A stretch of 63,609 bases of DNA, the filler included, from Choristocarpus tenellus KU-1152 (lineage: Eukaryota > Protista > Phaeophyceae): NCBI GenBank assembly GCA_964200185.2. It is 8 parts of 8 records of this genome, joined end to end, with 100 filler letters (N's around TTAATTAATTAA, not from the genome) between each part and the next. Parts side by side here need not be neighbours in the genome. Positions count along the whole stretch, not along the records: positions 36,750 to 46,246 come from CAXNAD020003630.1; positions 46,347 to 60,099 come from CAXNAD020001380.1; 6 more parts are not named here. The stretch is one strand, 5' to 3'. The notes under the pieces were generated by a model that saw only the letters and a list, made by a program, of their open reading frames with translations, was not told the origin of the DNA and did not search any database. The number at the start of each line of letters is the position of its first letter. Positions within the stretch are counted from its first letter, which is position 1. The translations under genes and the position numbers were made by a program. Shown here piece by piece: positions 38,265 to 51,900 of this stretch.

Positions 38265-40500
38265 TTGAAGCATCTTGTCGTTATTTTTACAAGAGTAATC
38301 CTTGCACCATCTGTGGTCTATATTGGATCAAAATCAATTCACTATTTGGGATATGGTGTCAGTCCTAGTACTATTCTTCCGTCACTAGATGGAACCCAGG
38401 CTATTGCGACTATTTTGAAGCCCCTCTATAGAATAATTTCAATCCTTTTTAGGTTGTAAAAAAAATCGATCGGAAATACATTCCCCAATTGGCTGCGACA
38501 ACAGAACCCTTGGTGTCACTTACAAGAAAAAAAACAACTAATAGAAGTTGATTAAACTCTACCTCAAGTATGGGGATCGCCATGACAAAATTATTTTGAT
38601 GAGTGTGAACGTCTGTTAACAATGATACCAGTAATAAGCTTCCCAGATTGTACCACCCAATTCTTCACACACTTGGATGGTAGTGATGTTGGTACGTGGG
38701 AGCCTTTTTCAGCACATGAACATGAGGACGACAATTTCAAAATTGCGACCTATCATAGTGCACTTTTATGTATGTCTCAAGGACAATCTTCAGGAATTCA
38801 GAAAGACAGACTGTCCGTCATTCTTGGTATAGCACATTGGGGCTCGTATTTTTGGGGTAAGCACTTTAGATAGTTGTAAGTAAGTGATCATTCCGCAGTA
38901 CGTTGGTTACAAACAATGAAAGAAGATACTGACCATATACTGACCCCATGGTTTTAGCTTTACGATCTTTTGACTTCATAGTTATGTACAAATCGGGGCG
39001 TCTACACTCTTATTCCCGATATGATATCTTTGATATAGAGTTGGAGGAATTTATGTTCGATGAAACACCACATGCCCTAGCCCCACTGTGCCGCGATGTA
39101 GGCCAATCACAGTAGTCAGATGTCTCCACACCTAAGATTTGCCCAGCTATATATGACGTATGAGTAGATAAACTAGGTGAGATCATTACAGTACAAAACG
39201 ATACTGTCCTATTCACTAGAGCCCTTGATATCTTTCCTGAAGAGGATCCTGAAAATACTATTCAAACCTCAACAAACTCGGTACGAAGACTATTCAAAAA
39301 GCATTTGCCTAAACGAGAAAAATTCATTTCACCAAAGAATTAAGCGACATATACCATCTCCTACGTTTTCGCACTGGAGAAGGAAGGCGAACATTTATTA
39401 TTGTGCAAGTCTTATCAACCTAGTCACCTTTGAAAATTTTATAAATTCTCAGACCAACTAGTGGTACTCAATGACGTACAAGGTGTATAATACTCCACGC
39501 CTTCCACGATCATCAGTTTTGGGACACATTGCATTTAAACACGCCTTTGACCAGACTCCCAACCGTTTTTGGAGACCCACTTTACATGAAGATGTTTGAG
39601 ATTGGTGTGAAACATTTCAAACCCCTTCTGGCATATCTAGTCTCCAGAGTATATGTCAGTAAAACAACCATTTCAGAGAGTAGTAATTTTTTTGGTGAAA
39701 TACGAAACACAGTCAGAAAATTGCAATTATGAATTATCTGCCTTAGACCATTTAACACGGTTTGCTCTGATCAGCTCCATTCCCGACAAGCGAGAAACTG
39801 GTGTAGGTAAAGCGATATTCCAGCGAGTGTTATCTCTTTTTAGCACATCGAATACCTTACACTCAGACCAGGATAAGGAATTAGGAAATAAATTAGTCCT
39901 GGAATTTAAAAAGATTTATGGATGCAAGAAAATAAAAACATCGTATTGGGTACAAAGAATATTACTGTTGACGGGATTCGTAAGACGGTGCATGGCGTGC
40001 TCACTACATACTAAAATATGACTCAGTTGGATTGGGCGTCACTATTGTCTTTTGTGTAACTGACCCACAATACCGATTATAATTATGCTGTGCAAGAAAC
40101 CGCCTTATACTCCATGTTTGGAAGATGTTTCACATTACCAGTCGATCTCATTTTGGGAGAGTCAGAAAGTAGTCCCTATCACTACCCAAGGGTACAAGAA
40201 ACAGTAGGAAAATTACAACTGGGATATGAAGTTGCTAGATGAAATATTGGTGAAGTGACTTTGCATAATGAATCCAAGGCACTGAACATAATTCGTATTT
40301 ATTATGAAGTTGGTGCGAACTTGTGGCCACACAAACTCCATACTTTAGCAGGCACTCCTAACCCTAAGTTGTTGTTCCTGGAGAGAGGACCATATTAAAC
40401 AAAAGAGAGAATGACTCCGGTAGTCTAAGGTGTGAAAGGGCAGGCCAACCGATGACAAGTCACTGTGCACGTAGATGTTTTAAGCCCACAAGAAGGGCCA
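38265..40500 (+). mobile_element. Highly degenerate Ty3/Gypsy pol (RT end, RNase H, integrase)
   Basis: IHYLGYGVS; RNase H-like FTHLDGSDVG..YHS..KDRLSVILGIAHW..YFWGKHF; integrase-like DHLTRFA..LHSDQDKEL. Many stops and frameshifts. Boundaries approximate. Confidence 0.8.
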
Positions 40501-41919
40501 CCCCCTGAACCAGACATTGCAAGTCTCTATTCTTAGTTTATGGTTAGAATAAAGCCTGAAACGGACATTGGACAAGGTTTGAGCGTTTAACCAACTTTAG
40601 GGTCATATTTTGTTGAGAGCATTGCCGACCATAAAACGGGAGTGGCTCGTAATTCTCCACCACCCTCTGCCACAATAGCTTAAGATCCACCACAATATTC
40701 TGATACTTGGTGCAATCAATTACTATCATTATTGTTGAGAACATTCAATACGCTTTTGCTTCGAACCCTCTAGGAGCTATCCCTGTGATTACATATACTA
40801 CTCACGAGGTGGATGGCCGCCTTGATACGGCATTAGATTCCACTAGAAGGACTAGAGATGAAGGATTGAATCCTTTTTCGAGTCGAACTTGTTGGTGACT
40901 TCTCCGCCAGGCCATCAACATTTTTGACCATGTATGTATCCCCTTTACGCCATGCACGAGTAGAAAGATCTTAAAGCGTCTCTTTTTGTTTATCTCCAGT
41001 CTTGATTTCACCACACCTTGAAAAACACTAGTTAATATGATTACTCAGGATGGTCATTTATAGGTTTGAATCCTTCTAGCAAGGAATTGTTGAGATCCAT
41101 TGGCCCTCTCAGCGGTCTGTCCCTTAAACTAAAACGATATTTTTCGTTTTAAGATCACTCAGTGGGAGGAGAGTGTGTTCCTCATAGGCGGGTGCATGAT
41201 TTCTGCTCCGTGATTGCTTAACAAGTTAGAACTGGAAGGCAACTGGACCTCATCACTCCAGATCTCCATATCTCCAGATATTAGGGTTCCTTACAACAAT
41301 TTATAAAGAAAGGTGAGAAAGTAATTCCTCTTGCCTCAAAAAAGGATTAGACAGTGTGCAGATTCCTAAAAGAGGAGTGGACAACCCCTTTTCTTACCAA
41401 ATAGGATCTATGACATTTTGTTCTCAAGGAGGCAAACAGATAACCCAGGACAATGATCCATCCCTAAAAAGTTAACCACTAATCCAATTCCTTCATTCCC
41501 TTCATGTCAGTACGCAATTCCTCTTCAGACCTCTGTTGTGACCTAGCGCAACCCATATCCAGGATTATGGGGACAATCGTTTCTCACTCATGATTACATT
41601 AGGTTAGGCACATTGTGACTTGATCGTCAGAATGACCGAGGCATCTCTTTGTTTCCTCAAAGCACCCAGGTTATTAATATAAACGCACAATTATATATAT
41701 ATATATATATGTGTCCATCATAACAAATCTGGGGTTCAACCGTTTAGATAGGACAACCTTTCAAGGAAATCACTCTATCAAACTTCATTTATACTGTTGG
41801 GATATTTACATGATTATTTTTTTTTTCTGGCACATCACACTACTACGACTACTCTTGTCTATGCATTTCGCAGACAATAGTAATACTACCTCTGTGCCAT
41901 AAGTTGTGCCGCGAAGCAA

Positions 41920-43456
41920 CTGGGCTCGCTGAGCGAGAACAGCGCCGAATCGGATGATAACCCCACAGAATGAAATCGGGTTGACAATATCAGCTTTCAG
42001 AAAAGGTGAGGGTCGAGGATCATCAGGAACAAACTCGAGGTGCTTTAAGTCGTCAAAGTAGGGATCTTTTGGGGTGATTTTGAGGTCAGAACTGGGCACA
42101 TCGAGGGTCAGAACTGGGCACATCGAGGGTCAGAACGTCGGCATGACAACCCCCCCGTTGACCCCCCCCGCGTAGGAAGGATGCCCAAGTGTCCCTGAAT
42201 ACCAGGGTTGCGCTTGCAGTGTGGGACGCCCTCGCAATGGTCCTTGGTGGGCATAAACTGCTGTGACATGTTGGGCTGACCCTCACAGTGGAGTTTGGAG
42301 TGTCCTAGTATCACATGTGAGGGCTCTTGGAGGATGTCGCTGATCAGCTCGCCCGTGGCCACGCGCTTGAACTAGGGGTGTGGTGGCATGTAGTGGGCAG
42401 CCTTCGGAGCTCACACCGACCAAGATGACCACAATACATAGTATCAACTCCGATAATCAGTTATCCACAGTGCCTCAGGTGACAATGAAGATGGCCACCA
42501 AGGGGCTGAATAAAAGCATGAGCACCATAACAGGTGGTCGGATGATATGGGGGCCATACCAAATCGCCGCTGGATCAAACCCAAGCTTAAATCGTGGCAA
42601 AAGGTATGGAGAACGTTTTTTTTTGCGATCAAGTGTACCAGAAACGTGGTGTGTATGCCTCCACGGCGAACACGATCCATGTGGCTGAAATCTGGTTTTA
42701 CGCCATGACTGATGGCGAAAGGGTTAGGGTATTTCCGTATGAGGATGATCGCGACCTTCCAGGGTTCCTTACTGTTCAACACAAGAGTCATATCCCCCAA
42801 ACCATGATCAGTGCAGCCAACGTCCGCCCAGATTCGTCTCACAGCTTTGATGGAAAGGTTCGTGTTTGGTGTGTGTGTGCACCAAAAACGGCAGAAAGGA
42901 CAAGCAAGAACCATAAAAAGGGGTGTGTGTATGAGCATGACTGTACCTTAGACCATTTGTGGTACACAGGAAGTGGTACACTTAGGAGTTGCTGCCTGCA
43001 ATCAAGACTGAGATGCCTTGGTTGCAGGGGAAGTACGTTGTTGTTCAGGAAGACGATGCCACCCCCCACATGGGCAAGGGCAACTCAGAAATCTTGTGAG
43101 GGGCAGGGAAGACTGAGGGGTGGTCGATTAGGCTTGTGACACAGCCATCTAACTCTCCCGACCTCAATATCATGGACCTGTGCTTCTTCAGGTCTTTGAG
43201 ATGCTGGGTGATGGGGGAGCGATTTGGGTCCGTTGAGGAGATGGTGAAGGTCATTAAGACACAGTATGAGGAGTATGATGAAACCGCTCTTGAGAGGGCT
43301 TGGCAGCTCCTTTTTGTGGTGTACAATCAAGTACTTAGATACAAAGGGGGGAATGGTGTCAGTGTGGGGCACACAGGGGTAAGTAAGAGGCAGTTGTCTG
43401 GTGAGCTTGAAAATATAGCGAAGGTAGATAGATGTGGAGGCTTCGTCTGTGGCTGA
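41920..43456 (+). mobile_element. Mariner-like (DD39D-related) transposon, pseudogenised
   Basis: IHVAEIWFY, VQHKSHIP, QEDDATPH and TQPSNSPDLNIMDLCFFRSL, with an internal stop and frameshifts. Shares its 5' terminus CTGGGCTCG with the copy at 60220-61627. Confidence 0.9.
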
Positions 43457-43614
43457 TAAAATGGTGATGGATGGGAAGTAATAATAATAATAAGAGCTAA
43501 CCCTTACCAGAAATTTGTCAAGGATTCCAAATCTTCTTTCATAAATGAATTTCATCAACATCTTCACAAGTTATGGACAACGCGGCACAGACTTACGGCA
43601 CGGAGGTAGTAGAA

Positions 43615-43619
43615 GTAGT

Positions 43620-43649
<30 letters not shown>
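43615..43649. repeat. (AGC/AGT)n microsatellite
   Basis: Directly visible trinucleotide run. Confidence 0.85.
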
Positions 43650-43650
<1 letters not shown>

Positions 43651-44107
43651 TTTTTCTTGGAAGCAGTTGTTTGTCATTGATGAACAACAATCATTGGAGA
43701 TATTTGAGAGCCTTCGAAGAATTGGGCGAGAACCTCAGCAGCAGTGTCATATTCTCCATCATCAATGCAATTTTTTTTTGGTTTGTTGGACGTAAAAAGT
43801 CGTCAAAATAATTCAACCTTCACAACCTCCATGGTCTTGCTCTTGATGCCTGTGATTTTACGTTTTACTGAAGCCCCTTCGTCGTTGTGATGTTCTTCGT
43901 CGCTTTGAAGGACTTCTTGACTACACCCTGGCTTCTTTACTATCAAATCTCCTCTTTGTATTGTTGGATTCGATTCTTCAAGAAAAAGGTAAATATCATC
44001 TGCAAATTGGGTGTTCAATATTTTTTACTTTTGTTTCACCGGCTCTAATCGAGTTGAGACAAAAAGAAGTTCAAACCGCACTTGTTTTGTTGAAATTGGA
44101 GGTGGTC

Positions 44108-46229
44108 ATGTCAAGAAGGCAGAGGTTAACTAAAAACAGTAGAACTTCTGGAGACATAGATCGTAGTAAGGATGAGTTGCATCGACACTCTGGAGATGAA
44201 AGATCTAGGTCTTTTAGTAAGAGAAAGGTTGGAGTGTGGCTCGCACTTGCTGTCATAGGAGGAACGGTCGCAGCTCTCTGGACCTTAAGAGGAGACGGTA
44301 CTCTTGTTTTGAAACATGATAAATCCACATGTTCTCGTGGATGCTGGGTGAGTGTACATGAACCGGATCAAGGTTAGGAACCAGGGTTGATGTTGGTGGA
44401 TCTCAATAGTCAGTCAGGACCAAGTTTTTTTAGTTGTTTCCCTCTGACAGGGTCACAGCACTGTCAGTATACCTCTGAACATCTGTCTGAAGGGGCTACT
44501 ACTGTACCTCCAAGTAGAATCGTACACCTCTCTTCAAGAGATGATGTTTTCCAAAGTACATGCTGTGCTTAGCATGTCGACATTGTCACAAGAGATGAGA
44601 CCTAACGCATTCCGTGAAAGAGTCTCCAATTGTTGCTAGTCGCGCTTTACCATGTTGATTGGAATCTTGAGTGAGTGTGATCTTTGACAACACCTTCCCT
44701 TCGTAAGTGGCCAGTTGAATGCGAGTATGCTCAGTATCAGCCCAGAGTCCCCGGATGCCACCCCAATCCTCTGTCGTCAAGAACTTCATGTGGGCGACTG
44801 GCTGTGCATCGTTTCATCCCACATGAAGCGGTTGGACGACTAGTGAGCATGGCAGAACGAGGCATGGTTGCCTGTGGAGAAGATGTTCGATCAGGTCCAG
44901 GAGGGGGTGGACCTTGTATCATGGATGTTAACAGCGGGTTTGTCAGGGGTGAACGTGGAGTCGCTAACATATTCTCTCCTTCAGGGACTGAGGACGGGCC
45001 ACCTTTGGTGTCATACACGCAAGAGGAGTATACGTAAGTAGGCGCTTCTCTGTTGTGCACCTGAAGATATTTTTTTGTCGGCATATATGTATGTTTTGTG
45101 TCGCTTCTGTCAAGGGAGTAACGTAGGATGCCCTCACCCTGACATGATACTGCATCAACCACCACATGAGAGTAGATTCAACTACCAAACCAAGTACCTG
45201 ATGCGAATCTTCAATCCCACATGTAGGTTTTATCGTGACACTATTGAGAGCATCCGCTTAAGGGTCATGGAGGCCTTTGGTTTGGAGTTTTTGAAGTTCA
45301 CCGCCCCAACCTTCATCACTCGAATACAGGGCCGTCAGGAGTGGAGACCACAATCCATGCACGACGAATACTGGTGACAAAATGATAAAATACCATGCCA
45401 AATTATTATTACTATTAGGTGTCTCTGCGTGACAAAGAGTTATGAATACTGACTTCGAAACTTAAATGCAGAGAGTGATACAGTGCCATGTTTGATGTGC
45501 TGGGCAGTACTTGTTGGATTGTTAACCTCTGTGTGCTAAGTTTGTAGTAAGAGTTACTTCTGTGGGAGCAAGAAGTAGAGATAGTGATGCCACTGAGCTT
45601 TTATGTAAGAAAATGATTGCAGTGAAGATCTGATTTTTCACCATCCATCAAAATATGGTAATATGTATCGCCTGGTGTGCTACCTAGTTTGTAGCTTGAT
45701 GTAGTGATCAGAGATACTACTGGGAATGAATGACTGCAAAGCCGACATAGGAGCATGGTTCCTGAGGGTGGGCTGCTCTATAGCAAAGGTATGACCCTTT
45801 AGAGCACCATGCATTGGAGTGCAATTGCAGGTACCTAGTCACTCACAGTCACAGTCACAGTCACTGCCAATTCTAAACCGTTTCTCACGTACAGACATGA
45901 GCAAGTGGGAATATCGTAGTCGATTTGGCAAAGTGATGCCAAGATTGTTGTTATCGGCTTGATGTGGCATAATGTAGGAGTGTAAGCCATTTCCATTGGT
46001 GAAAAGGTTGCCGTTTTGTGCACGTTTTTCCTGCAGTTACTGTTATTCCACCAACCTTGGGCATGTGTCACCAATATATACTGGGTAACATGTCATCAGA
46101 CCGAAATTATTCTCAGCAATAAGTAAAATCCTCATCTATATTTAGTTTCACCCCACTCCCATTCAGGCATGTTCATGTGGACAAGAACAACACGGAGCAC
46201 TACGACTACAGCGGGTTGCTCTACTTGAG
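44108..46229 (+). CDS. OGFOD3: OGFOD3-like 2OG-Fe(II) oxygenase, 5' part (type II membrane anchor)
   Basis: Exons 44108-44347, 44708-45033, 45229-45373 and 46167-46229. TM segment, [27 protein letters not shown] and [21 protein letters not shown]. Confidence 0.88.
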
Positions 46230-46415
46230 GTCAGACCTTGCCCCCCNNNNNNNNNNNNNNNNNNNNNNNNNNNNNNNNNNNNNNNNNNNNTTAATTAATT
46301 AANNNNNNNNNNNNNNNNNNNNNNNNNNNNNNNNNNNNNNNNNNNNAAAAAAAAAAAAAAAGAAAAATGAGTGGGGTGATGTATGGGGGGGGGGAGAAGA
46401 GAGAAGAGAAGGAAG

Positions 46416-46473
<58 letters not shown>

Positions 46474-47388
46474 TTCTTGAATTCAGTATGCAATGTGGAG
46501 GGGAGCACAGATTCCTTAAAATGGATGTACTCAATTTTCCTACAATGATCACTCAGAGGAAAAATGGGCGATAGTCCCCGATAACCAAGGTTTCTTTTTC
46601 GTGTTGGCATTTGTGTTCTATTGTCCTGTGCAGGGTGAGCAGGTTATACAAAGCGACTCAGTCCAAAACACAGCCACCGCTGCAGGCTGTCTTTTATCAT
46701 ATACAAAGCATCAAGAGGATGCTCAGCAGATGTAGTGATGGAATGTGGTCGATTTTCCTCAATGATCAATCACGCAAATGTTGAATGGTATATAGTTAGT
46801 CAATAAAAATTCTGAATCTCAAGGTAAACAACACATTTGAAATATTTGAATGAAAAATACTCCCGCAAGGTGGATACAGTAAACCAGAAAGGTTTTTCAA
46901 CCCTCAATTCCAGCTTGGTCATTGACATCATGATCAGAACACGAAGCAAATGGAAAACCCTGACCCCCAGCCCCAGCCCCATGTGGCCTAGTTCAATCCA
47001 AAGTGAGTACTTCATAGCAAAGCTGTTCCTCACCCAAGCACATCAAACTCTTGATCCCTGTTGCCATTGAGTAATGGATTAATTAATGTAATTGATGAGG
47101 GGTGAGGTCAGTTACAAGACATAAGAAAAAAATACAGAATGTTCGACCTAATCTCAATCACGTAACCTAGGACGGATGCATAGTGTGTAGCATATCCTAG
47201 CCAACTGTGAAAAAGGGGTCAATAGGAAGCAACATACCTGAGACGCTGCTGTTTAGGGCTTACTCTGTGTGAGACAAAACCCTTGTATGAGTTGAAAGAG
47301 CCATAGCAATGTTTAAAGTGGAAATAGTAGAGATTCAAGGTTACCCAGTTCAATCCTATATTCACACCCCAAACTCCCTCACCACCTA

Positions 47389-48681
<1,293 letters not shown>

Positions 48682-48973
48682 ACTTGGGCAGTGTTTGCTC
48701 TGGCTTTACCTTTCCTGTTAGTTCGAGGTTTATGCTGGGGAGAGAAGGCGTCCAAAGTGGAGAGTTGGAGAGAGGGTGATGTCGAAATTCTGCGGCATGC
48801 GGGGACTTTCAAGAAAAAAAAAAGAAGGTGCAACTATGACCGTTTCTCTGGTGTTGTGGCGATCATGGTGGAAATGAACACCCAACTTCGACGTGAGTCA
48901 AAATAATAGAATGTGTCCAACGGAGTATCTGGGGGTGCATGGAGAGAGGGGCTCCAGCGAAGGTGCTCTCGGT
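48682..48973. promoter_or_regulatory. Probable bidirectional promoter region
   Basis: Enolase (-) and CFAP61 (+) start codons diverge about 290 bp apart. Confidence 0.5.
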
Positions 48974-51900
48974 ATGGATACCATGGGCCTATTAATACGT
49001 CGAGCAGAGCCAGCAGACCATCGTGGCTTCACATCGCTCGTCAGTAGAGCTGGAGGCCCAGGTCACGTGCGTTGTTTGTGGTATATGTAAGGATACGGAT
49101 ATCTGGTTGACAACCTCGTAGTGGCGTGTGTGACTTGCGCTAGTACTTATACAGGTCTATCCACCGTCTCCCGTGCCCACTCTTCAATCTCTATGTCAGT
49201 TTCGCAAGATATTCGGATCTTACAACTTCGGACAAATGATCGAGACGTCGTATCTCTCTGTAAGTGCCCTCGCTCCTGTGTCTTCCTCCAACGACGTAGG
49301 AGCACTTTTGGGCTTCGCAGTCTTCTCTGATGCCCCAAAGAAAGGCGAGGGCGAAGATGTACTCCAGTGGATTTCCGAGAAGTATGCACCCGCAGATGCT
49401 GAGCTCAAAATCACTAATACGCTATGGGTTGAGTTCGCAGTAGCTCATGGTGACCGTACTGGTAGCGATGCACCTGGGATCATCCAGAATATAGTCCGCA
49501 CGGTATTCAACAGCTTACCTGAGATGGACTACCTCGTGATGAGACTACCAGGAGCGAATGAAGGAAAGGCACCCGAGACGCCTGCTTTTTTGGCGACCAC
49601 ATTCGAACTCATGGTCCAGCATTCTGACGTGCCCTCCAGCAAGTTTGACGACCTCTACGGCGATCCCTCACTGTTCTTGTGCGATCGCATGGCGTTTCTG
49701 CCTACTCTGGCTGTAAGAATCTTCCCTGGTGGTGGTTGCTGAAGTTGGCAGTCTGTCATGAAAATTGTCTTTACTACTACCATCTCTGTTTTTCATTCTT
49801 GATCTCCACGCATACCCATACAGCTTACGGTTGGGATGTCATGTGCCACAAGACTGTACTTGGACTACTTGTGATACTATACCCTATAACAGTAAGATTC
49901 CCTAGGTTAGGTTGACGACTGGGGATCACCTGCTCAACCTTGTCTCCAGGTCCTGTTGGTACGGTCAGGCGGGAATCTCCTAGGTCTGGGCCATTTCTTT
50001 GTTTTTGTATTTGCACAAATGTGAGCATCACTTTCCTATCAAGTTCCTGCATCTTTGCAGCTTATGGGCCATGGCATAAACTTTTCCATAGTATTTCTAA
50101 TGTTATACTTGACTTCTCTTAAGTTTCACGAGCAAAAATCATATCCCACCTTTCGATCTTTGTAGGTTCGTACTGCTTGTATCGAGGATCATGATGACTT
50201 GTTGCCCATTTTCGAGGCACAGAGAGATCTCCTTCGTGCTACCTATGGGGAGTTTTTCCTTGCAGATATGATACAAATGCAGGACGAGGAGAACAAAGTA
50301 AGCCTCCATCAGCTATGTGCTCATTGCCCCAGTTCCACATGTTTTCTTACCCTCGGTCTTTCATTCATCTCTGCACCTACCTCTAGCAAAAAGCTTCTGA
50401 GAATGAACTTGAATAGAATTTAGTAGTGAAATGTTCTGAATAAGATTGACTCAAATACTCTTTGTGCTACTGGTGGTGGGGATTAAATATTTGGCACATC
50501 AGTCAACTAGATTAGTAGAGAGAATTCCAAATCATAAATTAGCTGGGGATGTATGGTGTACCCATAAATATTCACATCTGGCAAAAAAAATCACATTGTC
50601 ATGCACCCCACAACAGCATATTGATACAACTATCCTGTACATTGACTCTATAGTTTTCCGAGTGTATATTGAACATGTGATATTCACGCTTAAGGTACAG
50701 ACAGTTGGCCAACAGTATCCTAGAGAGGGGGGGGTTAGACCAGGTCATCTGTTCAGGGCTAGGTGGGGTGTTGTGAAACGCCCCAGTTTATGCCTGTTGT
50801 GGAGACCATTTTAGTTCGGATTTGGTCCAAGCAGGGGGATGGAAAAGGAAGATGTATCCAGATAAAAAAATTGCCCTTGCATCTGACACGTTCACTCGTA
50901 TGACAAGAAAATCACTGTGTGGTCACAAATGCTTAGAATGGACGCTTGATCCCCCCTCCAGGATACTATAGGCCTTTAGTACGAGGAAATGAAGGGGGGG
51001 GGGAAAGCTGAGACAAGGAAATAGTTTCACGTCCTCATCTCCATCCCAACTGATTCGAAGACCCTTGCTTTTCAAAAACAAATTGATGCACACTCCTTAT
51101 CGCATGTTACTTACAGATGACACCTTCCAATAGCAGATATTTGTGCAATGTTGGCTGGTGAGAGTACTTTAGCATCTAAGATTAAATGCTCAACTCCTGC
51201 CACCTCATCCCCACACCAACTAGGCATTGGTGGCACTTGTACAACAACGTGCTTGTGGTCTCATTGCGACCTCGAGTGACCTAGAACTGGGACTTCTGAA
51301 GGATTGCTTCCACCTTGAGGCTTATGATCATCTTGTCAAGGCAAGAGGTTTGATCTGGAACATGTCAATGTTTGCACACCTCAGAGTGAGAGTATCTTAG
51401 AGGGTACGATTTATTCCCTGTTTGTCCATTTGGGGCTTGGCTTCCCACGTTTGTTTTTTTCATTTTACCTAGTCCAAAATGTTTCTGAGTAGGTCAAACA
51501 TGTATGTTATGAAAAGGTGTGTCCGAAACAAGGATACTGACACTTCCTAACAAACATGATCGCCAAAAATACATAAAAATCGCAACATTGGATTTTGGGC
51601 CCAAACGGACACGACTCAACCATCTCAGATACTTTGACTCTCAGTAAAATCGGATATTACCTACTGAACCCATGGGGAGGAGTTTCCAATGTAGGGAAGA
51701 CCAAAGCAATACAATTTGGCATAAGTGTTTAAGAGGTAATCTTCCTGTAGCGGAGTTTTATTTTCATCCTATCACAGGTAGCAGGAGATGGGCTTAGCCA
51801 TTGAGCTACAAAAATAACTATTGTGTTGTATAGCTCAATGTTTACGTTTTCCTGAGTCTACAAAAGCAAGAACCAGGGATCCTTGTAGTCTACCACTTCC

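Noticed and set aside
42086-42362. Antisense ORFs over the mariner copies (also 61139-61633)
   Set aside because: Shadow frames of the transposase region, with no independent evidence.
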